Shown: positions 8,642 through 18,662 of the stretch, one piece after another
Layout: every line of letters starts with the position of its first letter
Position numbering within the stretch: position 1 is the first letter of the stretch
Source: Candidatus Poribacteria bacterium
GTDB taxonomy: Bacteria > Poribacteria > WGA-4E > WGA-3G
Direction of reading: 5' to 3'
Length of the DNA stretch: 64,000 bases
Assembly: GCA_964291315.2 (NCBI GenBank)
Contig: OZ219753.1
Coordinates: 1,696,001-1,760,000 of the forward strand
Position numbers and translations under genes: made by a program
Notes under the pieces: generated by a model
Database searches by the model: none
Told to the model about the DNA's origin: nothing
What the model saw: the letters and a program-made list of their open reading frames with translations, nothing else

Positions 8642-10450
8642 ATGCTTAATAACACTTATGCTTTACACACTGGCAACCGGAGAAAGTTGGCGGCTCGGAA
8701 AGCGCTCTTCATTTCGCTGATATTCCATCTCTTTCTCTTTATCACAACGTTCTACGTAGCGGTGCAGAATCATCTAATAACATCTGAGAAGGCGCACCTC
8801 GCGGTGGAACTGATTTCGGAGGAAAACACGCCCCGACCGAAGCCGCAGCCGAAAAAGATCTCGCTCCGTTTCAGCCCGCCTACCCGGGAGATGGTGGCTC
8901 CGGTCCCCTCAAATGCTAGTGCTGTCGAATCCCTGCCATCCTCAGCTGCCCCGGTCTCGGTCAGCACTGAAGTAGCACGACCAACATTAGGACGCAGCCT
9001 GCAAGCCGAACTTGAAATAGAAAAACCCTCAGAATCTCTAGACATTCGCGGAGAGATCAGCACTGCCACTCGAGAGCTCCAAGACATTAAAGGAAACTTA
9101 TCCAAAACGGAAGCTGCAAGCCCCGCTGGAAATAAAACATTCGGAGCGAAACGCCCGGGACCACCGAGAATCCAACGCATGCCAGAGTTAGCCACAATTA
9201 AAATGATTGAAGAGGAAGTGACCCTCTCTCCAATGGAAATGGCAGAAATTGAACAAAAACGGAAAGCATTGCCCCAGGTTTCCTTACCAGAGATCATGCA
9301 AAAACTAGCACAGGAAATTGTGGAAACCAGTGCCGGTGGACCAATTGATGTTGTCTTCGTTATTGATACCAGTGGGAGTATGTTGGATAACATCAAATCT
9401 GTTATAAAGCACCTCAAGCAGATGGTAGATGTATACGAAGCTTCCGAAATAGACTATGCCCTCGGTGTAACAGAATTCCGGGCAAGTAAAGATAAAAATA
9501 GAATCAAGGTCGTCCAACTCACAAAGAGCTTCACTGAGTACAAACGCACCCTCCAGCGCATCAGGGTGAATGATGATGAAAACGCACTCGACGCTGTGCT
9601 GCAAACCGTCAAGGAGATGCGGTTTCGTCCAACATCCCAAAGACACTTTGTTCTTGTCACCGACGAGCCGTTCACGAGCCTCCACCGGATGGACCTACAA
9701 GATGTGATCGAGTATTGTCGGGAATTCGGGGTGTTTGTAAACGTGCTTGGAATCCCGCTGGATTCACACCAAAAGCTCGCCGCGGAGACCGGCGGAAAGT
9801 GGCATGCTATCCCGCAAGAAGGACAACCGCAAGTAGTTCAACAGGCTCCTGTCCAAAAGGCGCAACGAGACAAAGCGAGCTCTCTCCGACATGCACAGTG
9901 GACAGACGTTAAAAAAATAGGCGCGAACCTGCTCCAGCACAGCAGCGGCATGCCCATAGATATTATCCTCTTTGTTGACAGCAGCAAGAGTATGGGTAAT
10001 AAATTGTCACATTTCTTGCAGCAACTTGACGTTATCATTCGGGATTGCGACAACGCTTTTATAGACTATCAGATAGGTGTAGTGCGCTTCCGATCGCGCG
10101 GCTCTGTGAACATCGTCAACGTCTTCGATCCGCCGCAAACGCTTAAACAGATCCGAAAAATTGTTCAACTCCCCTGCCAGGCAGATGAAATGTTATTGGA
10201 CGCTGTCGCAGACGGGCTACGGCGCCTCAAACTCCGTTCAAATGCACAAGCCTACTTCATCCTAATTACAGACGAACCTGCAAAGGGCGAATATTCATCA
10301 CCCGCAATTATCCAAATGTTACGGCAGAAACATGTTCTCGTCAGCGTCGTTGGTACCTATGACGACTTCCAACGGCAGGTAGCCAACCAAACAGGCGGCG
10401 TATGGGTACCCATACCAAAAGGACACACGACGAGCAGCTTATTTTGGTAA
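8642..10450 (+). CDS. Membrane-anchored protein with a Pro-rich linker and two vWA domains
   Basis: N-terminal TM (SLIFHL), Pro-rich region, MIDAS motifs DTSGSM and DSSKSM, each followed by (V/I)TDEP. Confidence 0.85.
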   Translation: MLNNTYALHTGNRRKLAARKALFISLIFHLFLFITTFYVAVQNHLITSEKAHLAVELISEENTPRPKPQPKKISLRFSPPTREMVAPVPSNASAVESLPSSAAPVSVSTEVARPTLGRSLQAELEIEKPSESLDIRGEISTATRELQDIKGNLSKTEAASPAGNKTFGAKRPGPPRIQRMPELATIKMIEEEVTLSPMEMAEIEQKRKALPQVSLPEIMQKLAQEIVETSAGGPIDVVFVIDTSGSMLDNIKSVIKHLKQMVDVYEASEIDYALGVTEFRASKDKNRIKVVQLTKSFTEYKRTLQRIRVNDDENALDAVLQTVKEMRFRPTSQRHFVLVTDEPFTSLHRMDLQDVIEYCREFGVFVNVLGIPLDSHQKLAAETGGKWHAIPQEGQPQVVQQAPVQKAQRDKASSLRHAQWTDVKKIGANLLQHSSGMPIDIILFVDSSKSMGNKLSHFLQQLDVIIRDCDNAFIDYQIGVVRFRSRGSVNIVNVFDPPQTLKQIRKIVQLPCQADEMLLDAVADGLRRLKLRSNAQAYFILITDEPAKGEYSSPAIIQMLRQKHVLVSVVGTYDDFQRQVANQTGGVWVPIPKGHTTSSLFW

Positions 10451-10480
10451 CCAAGTCGCTCAGGAGCCATCGTTAAAAAA

Positions 10481-11083
10481 TTGAAAATCGCAGTCCTCGT
10501 TTCAGGGGGCGGAACAAATCTCCAAACCCTCATTGATCAGTTACATCAAGATAAAACAAGCGGTATTGACATCGCAGTTGTAATTAGCGACCGGGGCAAG
10601 GCTTACGCTCTCAAACGGGCAAGACGCGCCGGGATCGCTACGTATGTTGTTAGTGCCCGAAACTTTGAGGAACGCGTCGCTTTCGACGCAGAAATCTCGC
10701 GGATTATCGAACGTTACGCCGCAGAACTGATCGTTCTTGCAGGTTTTATGAAGCTCTTCCAGCCTCCATTTGTCCGAAAATACCGGAATCGCATTATTAA
10801 CGTCCACCCGACGCTTTTACCAGCATTCCCAGGGGCACATCCGGTCGCTGACACACTGGCTTACGGTGTAAAAATCACCGGAGTCACCGTCCATTTTGTT
10901 GATGAAGGTGTCGACTCAGGGCCTATCATCGCGCAAGCAGCTGTCCCTGTCTTAGATACGGACACCGAGGAAAGCTTACATAACCGAATTCAGATTGAGG
11001 AACATAAACTCTACGCTAAAGTGATTAAATGGTACGCACAAGGAAAACTGAAAGTTGAGGGCCGGAACGTAAGCGTGCAGTAG
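10481..11083 (+). CDS. purN: Phosphoribosylglycinamide formyltransferase
   Basis: SGGGTNLQ, LAGFMK, INVHPTLLPAFPG, GVTVHFVDEGVDSGPII. Confidence 0.96.
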   Translation: MKIAVLVSGGGTNLQTLIDQLHQDKTSGIDIAVVISDRGKAYALKRARRAGIATYVVSARNFEERVAFDAEISRIIERYAAELIVLAGFMKLFQPPFVRKYRNRIINVHPTLLPAFPGAHPVADTLAYGVKITGVTVHFVDEGVDSGPIIAQAAVPVLDTDTEESLHNRIQIEEHKLYAKVIKWYAQGKLKVEGRNVSVQ

Positions 11084-11161
11084 GCGCCTATCCATCATCA
11101 GGATCTGACTAGCGCCCGGCTTAAGTACGTCTAAAACATCTTTAACCGGCAACCGATAAAA

Positions 11162-12085
11162 ATGTTAGCAATTTCGACAATGTGGAACGCCTTGAAGCAG
11201 CCAGACGGCGCTGCGCTGTTCGATGAACTCAAAACGTTCGGCTTTGAGAAACTTGAATTGAGCAGGCATCTCACACCGGATCAGGTGGAGCAGCTCAAGC
11301 CGTATCTGCGTGAAAATCCGCCCTGTTCCATCCATAACTTTTGTCCTATACTGCCCGGAACAATCCAGGCAGAAGCAGAACACGACAAAATTTTACTCTC
11401 CAGCCTGAATGTAGACGAGCGGAAAGAGGCGGTCCGACGCACCATTCAAACAATGGAGCTCGCTGTTGAATTAGAAACGCCCACCGTGGTTCTTCACCTC
11501 GGGGAAGTTGATACATACGATCGGTCATATCTGATGGTTGATCTTTACACCTACGGGGAACGGGAGTTCGAAGCATTCGGTCAACAAGTAACCGAAGCCA
11601 CCGAATGGCGAAAACGCAAAGCTGCAAAGCACCGAGATGCCGTCCTACGGAGCCTCGACGAACTCAACGAGTGTGCCTTGCGGATGCAACTTTATCTCGC
11701 TATCGAAAACCGGCCGCATTACTATCAAATCCCAGATTTTGACGAAATGGGGATGTTCTTTGAAGAATTTTACGGCAGCCCGATGCGGTATTGGCATGAC
11801 ATTGGACATGCCGCACTACAAGAAAAACTCGGCATCTGTAGATCAGATAAGTGGCTTGAGTATTACAGGGAACCCCTCGTCGGTGTAAACTTGCACGATC
11901 TGAAGGGACTGGAGACGTATCACCCCCCAGGCATAGGAGATCTCAAGTGGGACGAACTTTTCAAGGAGCTGCCAACCGACATGTTGAAGGTATTAGAAGT
12001 TCGACCTTGCGAAGCGGAACGGGTGATGGAGGCGCGAGACTTCTGCGAATCCTTATCAGAATCAACTGAGGCATCGAATGGCTAA
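11162..12085 (+). CDS. Sugar-phosphate isomerase/epimerase (AP endonuclease 2 TIM barrel)
   Basis: SIHN, VVLHLG, IENR, WHDIGH, LHD, HPPGIGD, VLE metal motifs. Confidence 0.82.
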   Translation: MLAISTMWNALKQPDGAALFDELKTFGFEKLELSRHLTPDQVEQLKPYLRENPPCSIHNFCPILPGTIQAEAEHDKILLSSLNVDERKEAVRRTIQTMELAVELETPTVVLHLGEVDTYDRSYLMVDLYTYGEREFEAFGQQVTEATEWRKRKAAKHRDAVLRSLDELNECALRMQLYLAIENRPHYYQIPDFDEMGMFFEEFYGSPMRYWHDIGHAALQEKLGICRSDKWLEYYREPLVGVNLHDLKGLETYHPPGIGDLKWDELFKELPTDMLKVLEVRPCEAERVMEARDFCESLSESTEASNG

Positions 12086-12443
12086 AACATCTCCAGACGG
12101 TACCTACTTCTTCACCCAAGTTGAATACGATATCCTCAAGGTTATATGTGCCTATATGGTCGGGGTACCTAAGGATGCCCCTTTAGATATACCCATTGTT
12201 AGAATTGACACATTCGTGGGGCAGTTGTCCAAACCTTTACAAGCACGAATCCGTTTTGGCATCCATCTATTCCAGTGGGGGCCGCCACTTTTCATCCGGA
12301 AATTCTCGCTCTTTACACACCTCGATCAGACTGAGGCAGTAAGGTATATAGAAGGTTGGGCGCGGAGTCGTCTCAGCATCCGGCGCCAACTCTTTCGCGG
12401 TTTACGCAATATCGCTTTCCTCGGCTACTATAGCGCTGAGTAG
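12078..12443 (+). CDS. Small protein resembling gluconate-2-dehydrogenase subunit 3 / GMC-oxidoreductase partner
   Basis: FTHL...RYIEGW..SR...R..FRGLRNIAFLGYY pattern. Confidence 0.55.
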   Translation: MAKTSPDGTYFFTQVEYDILKVICAYMVGVPKDAPLDIPIVRIDTFVGQLSKPLQARIRFGIHLFQWGPPLFIRKFSLFTHLDQTEAVRYIEGWARSRLSIRRQLFRGLRNIAFLGYYSAE

Positions 12444-12468
12444 AAGCGGTCAGCAGGTGCAAGCATAG

Positions 12469-12513
12469 TTGTCAGTAAAGAGGTCGGGCTTAACCCAAGT
12501 CCTTTACTGATAA
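12469..12513. repeat. Palindromic intergenic element / probable bidirectional terminator
   Basis: TTGTCAGTAAAG...CTTTACTGATAA imperfect inverted repeat between convergent genes. Confidence 0.55.
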
Positions 12514-12558
12514 CCCAGCATGAGTGAAGCGGACACTGCATCTGCTGACAACCGGCTC

Positions 12559-15500
12559 TTATTTCGCTATTAACATTTTGCGGGTAGCAGTGAAATCACC
12601 CGCTGTTAACGTATAGAAATAGACACCACTCGCGACCCATTCGCCCACTTCGTTCTTTCCATCCCAATAGACCGCGCGGCTCTGACTCTGATAGATACCA
12701 GCGGCTTGATGTCCTAAAGTCAGGGTCCGGACCAAAGCACCACTCGCAGCGTAAATATGCACTGTGATTTCGGCTGATTCAGTGAGTTGATACGGTATCC
12801 AAGTCTCTGGATTGAACGGGTTTGGATAGTTGTGGAGCAGATCAGTATTTTCCGGGATAAGAGCTGCCAAAAGTTGTTCTCTATTCGCGGCTCGCGCCGA
12901 TGGTGCCGCAGGCACGTTGCCTCCTACAATAAGTGTAATCTCCGGGGGTGTCACAGGAATCTTTTTACCGTACTTGGAACCCGCTTGAAAATTATCAACT
13001 GTTATTTGGCTTTCTCCGTTTGCGATAGTTACAAACCTCATAGAGAGTAACGTTCCTTGTCTGCTCATCTTACCTTTGGAGAGTTGCACCGCTTGTAAAC
13101 CAGTGATCTTACCCGTGGTGTTACTAATCGTGCCGTCCTCAAAGAAGGTCTTTCCGCCATCCTGTTTCAGGAAATCCCCCTCGGTCACACTCAGCGCCCG
13201 CAGGACAGACCGGTTAAACACAATATTCGTTTGCCAACCCGCTAAATTGTCAATGTTTTCTACTATTAGATGCACAGTGAAAGTGTTACCGACCTTGAGC
13301 TGTGTCGTCTCCGTGGAAAAGGCGAAATTAATGCCCGGCTGGAAGACCTCATATTTGGCTTCTGGTGCAAACCCAAAGAAGCCGCTAAATCTACCATGTC
13401 CATGGTTGTCAAGGGCAACCAACAAAACATTTTTCCCCTGTTTCAGAGTGACAGAAAAAAAATCTTGGTAGTCGTCAGCATCTCGTTTCACAAATGCTTG
13501 GTGAACCAGCTCGCCGTTGAGCCAGACTTTGACTGCATCATTACTACCGACGAACATTGTTGTCCGTTGTTCTTCGGGTGAGTCCAAGACGACCGAACCG
13601 TAGACAATCTTGTCATATATCTCCTCACGTGTTCCCCACCCAAGGGCATCTGTCATTCGGTTTATGTTATCGCCCCCAGAAGCAGAGAGTCGATGAAGCG
13701 TCCACTTACTATTTCCGACAGCCTTTCCTTCCTTAGCACCGTTAGTAGCTACTTTTAATTCCGTTGCTGCACTGTTAGTTGCCAGTGCCAGAAAGTCTAC
13801 GTTGTCCTCAAGACGTGTTCCAGGCACTATCGCCCACAGCCAGGGGCCCGTTATTTTTGGACCGCCAGACGGGAATCCGGGGTTGCCCTCCATCCGGACA
13901 AAAGTCTCTTCGAGTAATCCTTTTAAAGGTGAGAAATCGGATATAGCGTTGTTGCGGAGGTCCAGTCGGTTTAAGTTCCGAAACTGTGCAAGGGCCGATA
14001 CGTCGGATATAGCATTATTCTCAAGGTAAAGTACTTCCAAGTCCGTTAACTTTACAAGCGGCGATGGATCGGATATGACGTTGGCATCAAGATTCAACGT
14101 TTTCAAACCCGTTAGTTCTGCTAACGGAGAAACATCAGAAATCAAGTTATTTACTAATTCCAACCACTCCAGCTGTGTTAGCTCGCTTAGGGCAGAGACG
14201 TTTGAAATACTGCACCCGTTAATTTGCAGGCGCCTCAGGGTCCTGAGCCCCTTCAGTGTTGGAAGGGCGGAGATAGTTTTATCGTTGCCAAATTCTACCC
14301 ATCGAAGTCTCGGCAATCTGGCTAAAGCCGAGAAGTCTGAGATAGACGTGTTCCACGCCGCGATGCCTTCCAAGCTGATCAGACTCGCCAGAGAGGATAT
14401 ATCCGATACCGGATTCCCGCTGATCCCTATCCCGTTCAATTTGACGAGGCCGCTTAGCGGTGACACATCGGTGATGTCATTCTCCTCAAGCCCCATCCAA
14501 TCTACATTGATCAGGTTCGAAAGAGGCGATACATCGGTGATGGCATTGTCCCGCAATTTAATGTTGTTCAATTTGAACAATTCAGCCAATGGGGTCAAGT
14601 CCGAGATAGCGTTGTGACGGAGCTCTATCCGCTCCAAGTTTATCGCCATCTCCAATCCTGTTAGGTCACGGATTCCTTTACGATCCGCAACCAAACGCGT
14701 CAAACGTTTCATAGCTTCCACAGTAATTTCCTCGTTTTGTGCTAGCCCGAGGGCTTCCACAATTGCAGCTTGCAGATGTGGATCTGGAAAAAGCGGGGTT
14801 GGCCCGCAACATGGTGGCCGATCCGATGTAGGTGAAACCACCTCCGGAAACTGTGAGGTCCACACATCGCGCTTTACGTTCTTACCATTTAGGAAAGGCG
14901 CTAAACCAAGGCTCTGTAACCTAGAGTCCTCACGGATCTTGGAGAGGAACACATTCATCTCCAAACCGACCGATGCAGCTGCATATGCCGCGCCTACATC
15001 TCCCTGATACGCCTTGTGGAAACGCTGCACCGGTTCAATGCCGCCAAAAACGCCACCTGTCTTTTCCAAGGCAGCCTTGTAGCGTGCAGTGTCCTCATCT
15101 AAGAGACGATCCATCGTGGCTTGCGCTACATAAAGGCGCAATGCCTGCGCCTTATCAAACGCCGGCTCCCTCGTCTGGTTAACAACTGAGCGCACTTCAT
15201 CTTCAAACCGCTTCATCCCTTCTGTGTGGCAGCCGATACACGATAGGGCCTTGTAGACAATAGGATCACGCGCCGACGGATCAGCAACAATATTAGGGGG
15301 TGCCGAGTCTATATGATTTCCTAACGCGTCTAGGATATAATACGCCTGCAGACCGTTCGGCAGATTGAAGATAATCTCACCCCCATCCGCTTTGAAAGAC
15401 AACGGATGCGTGAAAACGTTCTGTGTTCCCGTGCTACCTGCAAAGTCGTAGCTCTTCCAATACGCCCCATAGCGAGAGGTGTGCCGTTCCACAACACGAT

Positions 15501-16449
15501 TGTTGTTTGAAACCCCCGAGTCGTTGAAACCCGCACGCCAGACGCGCACGCCCGGCGCAGTCTGGAGGTTACGTTGAACATCTACGTCCAGCTTGCGTTC
15601 CAACTCCCGATCTGTCTTTGGCAAATCCAGAATGTCGTGATATAGCGGCGGTAAGGCGGCGTTTGCCAAGAACCAATCCACATGAACAAAGGGCACTTCG
15701 CATTTCATCTGTGTTTGCAGGTCGGTCAGCTTTGCGAGTTCCGCAGCTTGAGTGCTTGGATTGTATTCTATAGCATACGGATAGGCGTTTTCTATCTCTG
15801 TCCAGGCATCGACTCTGTCCCATTCGTAGTCACGCAGATCAATGTAGAAGATCGTGTTCTTCGCGCCAATAGGCTCTGGGTTGTGTATTTCGAACCCCCA
15901 GGAGAGGCTGTTGACCAGTTTTGAGAGGGCGACTTTGTAGGCGTTGAGTGCTTCGACCGTCTCCCCTGCATTATAGAGGTGTGTCATCGTGAAATAGCGG
16001 GCGTAAGGTCGGTCGAACAGATCGAGCGTCTGAAGGTGTTGTTGCATCGCCGTAAGCATCGTATCGGTTGTGATGAAGTTTACATCGTGCTCGACCACCC
16101 AACTAGGTGCGCCCTTTAAGATCCAATCGCCGATGGTGCGGATGGATGCCGCGTCGAGTTTAGGTTGTCCGAGGGGCATCCGTTTTGCGAGGTTTTTCGT
16201 AGTCAACCGCGTATAGAGTTTAGAGACGAGCGGTATCCCCGGCACGACGGCACCGCTTTCGATGAGAGTAGCAGGGTCGTCTTCGTCAATGATGAGGTTT
16301 TCGGTAAAGGAGCCATGTTTTCCGTGGCAATTGAGACAGTTCTGTTCGAGGACAAGGAAGGCTTGTTCTGCAATGTTCCCCTGTGCAGCAACGGTCTGAT
16401 ATCCTACGATAAGTAGGAGTAGGCAACTAAGTTTGATAAGGTTTTTCAT
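12559..16449 (-). CDS. Secreted multidomain protein: two c-type heme motifs, internalin-type LRR, jelly-roll domain, cohesin, FlgD-Ig/T9SS-like C-terminal domain
   Basis: Signal peptide; CLNCH and CIGCH; about 12 22-aa LRRs (N.ISD.SPL..L..L..L.L); GSNDAVKVWLNG domain; cohesin-like GNTFTVHL..ENIDNLAGWQ..FN..VL....VTEGDFL; NYPNPFNPETWIPYQL...TATRKMLI. Confidence 0.85.
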   Translation of the reverse strand: MKNLIKLSCLLLLIVGYQTVAAQGNIAEQAFLVLEQNCLNCHGKHGSFTENLIIDEDDPATLIESGAVVPGIPLVSKLYTRLTTKNLAKRMPLGQPKLDAASIRTIGDWILKGAPSWVVEHDVNFITTDTMLTAMQQHLQTLDLFDRPYARYFTMTHLYNAGETVEALNAYKVALSKLVNSLSWGFEIHNPEPIGAKNTIFYIDLRDYEWDRVDAWTEIENAYPYAIEYNPSTQAAELAKLTDLQTQMKCEVPFVHVDWFLANAALPPLYHDILDLPKTDRELERKLDVDVQRNLQTAPGVRVWRAGFNDSGVSNNNRVVERHTSRYGAYWKSYDFAGSTGTQNVFTHPLSFKADGGEIIFNLPNGLQAYYILDALGNHIDSAPPNIVADPSARDPIVYKALSCIGCHTEGMKRFEDEVRSVVNQTREPAFDKAQALRLYVAQATMDRLLDEDTARYKAALEKTGGVFGGIEPVQRFHKAYQGDVGAAYAAASVGLEMNVFLSKIREDSRLQSLGLAPFLNGKNVKRDVWTSQFPEVVSPTSDRPPCCGPTPLFPDPHLQAAIVEALGLAQNEEITVEAMKRLTRLVADRKGIRDLTGLEMAINLERIELRHNAISDLTPLAELFKLNNIKLRDNAITDVSPLSNLINVDWMGLEENDITDVSPLSGLVKLNGIGISGNPVSDISSLASLISLEGIAAWNTSISDFSALARLPRLRWVEFGNDKTISALPTLKGLRTLRRLQINGCSISNVSALSELTQLEWLELVNNLISDVSPLAELTGLKTLNLDANVISDPSPLVKLTDLEVLYLENNAISDVSALAQFRNLNRLDLRNNAISDFSPLKGLLEETFVRMEGNPGFPSGGPKITGPWLWAIVPGTRLEDNVDFLALATNSAATELKVATNGAKEGKAVGNSKWTLHRLSASGGDNINRMTDALGWGTREEIYDKIVYGSVVLDSPEEQRTTMFVGSNDAVKVWLNGELVHQAFVKRDADDYQDFFSVTLKQGKNVLLVALDNHGHGRFSGFFGFAPEAKYEVFQPGINFAFSTETTQLKVGNTFTVHLIVENIDNLAGWQTNIVFNRSVLRALSVTEGDFLKQDGGKTFFEDGTISNTTGKITGLQAVQLSKGKMSRQGTLLSMRFVTIANGESQITVDNFQAGSKYGKKIPVTPPEITLIVGGNVPAAPSARAANREQLLAALIPENTDLLHNYPNPFNPETWIPYQLTESAEITVHIYAASGALVRTLTLGHQAAGIYQSQSRAVYWDGKNEVGEWVASGVYFYTLTAGDFTATRKMLIAK

Positions 16450-16535
16450 ACGGTTTCTCCTCTGCGGTCGCTTTGATTGTAGGTTCTCAGGCAGTGTAGA
16501 AAATGCTTCACGAACTGCTGATAGCTATTTTCATC

Positions 16536-18662
16536 TTACTTCAGTATCACCATTTTTCTTGTAGCGGTGAAGTCTGCTGCGGTGAGTGTATAGAAATAGA
16601 CACCGCTTGCGACAGGTGCACCGATCTCATTTTCGCCGTTCCAATATGCTGCGCGGCTCGGTTCCTGATAGCGTCCTGCCGGCTGATGTCCGAGATCCAA
16701 CGTCCGAACCAAGGCACCGCTTGCGGCGTAGATGTGCACTGTGACTTCGGTTGCTTCAGCGAGTTGATACGGTATCCACGTCTCTGGATTGAACGGGTTG
16801 GGGTAATTGGGCAGCACTGCGGTTCTGTCAGGGACCAGAGAGGCGAGGAGACGTTTGAGATTCGCAATACCTTGCCGGAAGACGAGGGAACCGTCGCTTT
16901 GCGCTTGAGCCTGCGCTATCCACGCACCAACCATTGTTGGAGATATGTGATTGTCTGACACGACACCAACAGGAGCAGCGGATATTGTCTTCTCTATACT
17001 TCTCGCTACGAAGTTAAGGTCTAAGATGTTGACTCTTCCATCACCATTTACGTCGGTTAACGGACTCGCCGGCTTGTTTCTTTCAAAATCACGTGCTACC
17101 AGAATCAGATCCAAAATGGTTACGTGCCCATCCCCGTTTACATCTGCAACACTTGGAACTGCCGGAGTTGGAGCGCTTTGGGTCCATACGGAGTAGTCTG
17201 CCTCTTCAAACCCGAAGAATCCACTCCACCATCCTTTGCCTTCGTAGACAGCAATCAATAAAGTGTTTCTGCCTTCTCTCAGCGTAACCGAAAAATGTTC
17301 TTCGTAACCGTCAGCATCCCGATCTACAGCATTTTCGTGAACTAGTGCTCCGTTGAGCCAAACCTTCACTGCATCGCCGCTTCCAACGAACATCTCTGTG
17401 TTCTGCACGCGTGGTGATTCCACGTTCAGTGAACCGTAAGCCACATGGTGATCTAGATTCCCCGTTCCTAAGCCGATAGTATTCACGAGCTCATTTATGT
17501 TATTGCCACCTTTTTTAGAGATTTTACCTAACGTCCATACCTTATCTCCAACGGCATCTCCCTCTATGGCGCCCTGCCTTGCGATGCTTAATTCTGTCAC
17601 CGCGCTGCCACTTATTTCTGCTAGAAAATCTGTTGGAGCTGCAGCTGCACTTGAACCCGACAGCCTACCTGTCGGCGCTATAACCCATAACCAAGGTCCC
17701 TCTATTTTTTTGGGAGAGGGTTTGCGCCCCAGAATAACAGTGCGTTCAGGGAAAACATCCAAAGGCGAAAAATCGCCTATTGCGTTTTCATTAAGTTCAA
17801 TCCATGTCAAGCCGGTCAACGATGCAAGTGGAGAGACATCAGTTACTCGGTTTGATTTAAGGCTCAGACGTGTCAAGCCCGTTAAACTCGCTAACGGAGA
17901 TATATCCGAAATCTCGTTCCCTACCAGATAGAGTTCTTCCAAGGTTGTGAACCCTTCTAAAACAGATATATCTGATATTTCCGCACCGCAAACATCTAGG
18001 AGTCTCAGCTTCGGTAACTTCGTCAAGGCAGCTAGGTTCAGTATAGGTGTGCCCCAAGAATGAAAACTTCTCAGACTGATTAAACCCGTAAGTGGAGACA
18101 GGTCTGCTAAGGGGTTCCCGCTCATCCATATCGAATGCAGTTTTATCAACCCCGCAAGTGGTGATAAATCGGATACAACATTATCCGAAATCTCTAGCCC
18201 CTCTAAGCTGATTAATTCTTCAAGTGGTGAAAGGTCTGCGATGAGATTATGCGGAACGATCACCCAGGTTAAGTTGATTAATTTTTCAAGCGGTGAAAGG
18301 TCTTCGATGATATTATTCCTAAGTTCTACGACCCCCAGTTTTGCCAATCGTGCAAGTGGCGATAGATCAGAGACCAGATTGTTATTACACCTTATTTGCT
18401 CCAATTCTGTGGCAAATTCAAGACCTGTTAAATCAGTGATACCGACATCATGCGCCTCAATACGTCTCAACGTCGCCATCTCTGCCCTCGTGATAGTGGG
18501 GGCATCCGGTGCTTTATCGAGTATCTCATTAATGACGGTGCGCAAACTGGCATCTGGGATATTAACGGTCTGCGCAGGTGCCGTTGGTGGAAATATCAAG
18601 CCCAACGTCACGCTGAGCATAAGTGTGGAAGCTAACATCTGTTTTATTTTTGTGAGTTGCAT
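16536..18662 (-). CDS. Secreted internalin-type LRR protein with jelly-roll domain, dockerin and FlgD-Ig/T9SS-like C-terminal domain
   Basis: Signal peptide; LRRs; GSGDAVKVWLNG domain; duplicated DVNGDG.V.ILDL (dockerin); NYPNPFNPETWIPYQL. Confidence 0.87.
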   Translation of the reverse strand: MQLTKIKQMLASTLMLSVTLGLIFPPTAPAQTVNIPDASLRTVINEILDKAPDAPTITRAEMATLRRIEAHDVGITDLTGLEFATELEQIRCNNNLVSDLSPLARLAKLGVVELRNNIIEDLSPLEKLINLTWVIVPHNLIADLSPLEELISLEGLEISDNVVSDLSPLAGLIKLHSIWMSGNPLADLSPLTGLISLRSFHSWGTPILNLAALTKLPKLRLLDVCGAEISDISVLEGFTTLEELYLVGNEISDISPLASLTGLTRLSLKSNRVTDVSPLASLTGLTWIELNENAIGDFSPLDVFPERTVILGRKPSPKKIEGPWLWVIAPTGRLSGSSAAAAPTDFLAEISGSAVTELSIARQGAIEGDAVGDKVWTLGKISKKGGNNINELVNTIGLGTGNLDHHVAYGSLNVESPRVQNTEMFVGSGDAVKVWLNGALVHENAVDRDADGYEEHFSVTLREGRNTLLIAVYEGKGWWSGFFGFEEADYSVWTQSAPTPAVPSVADVNGDGHVTILDLILVARDFERNKPASPLTDVNGDGRVNILDLNFVARSIEKTISAAPVGVVSDNHISPTMVGAWIAQAQAQSDGSLVFRQGIANLKRLLASLVPDRTAVLPNYPNPFNPETWIPYQLAEATEVTVHIYAASGALVRTLDLGHQPAGRYQEPSRAAYWNGENEIGAPVASGVYFYTLTAADFTATRKMVILK

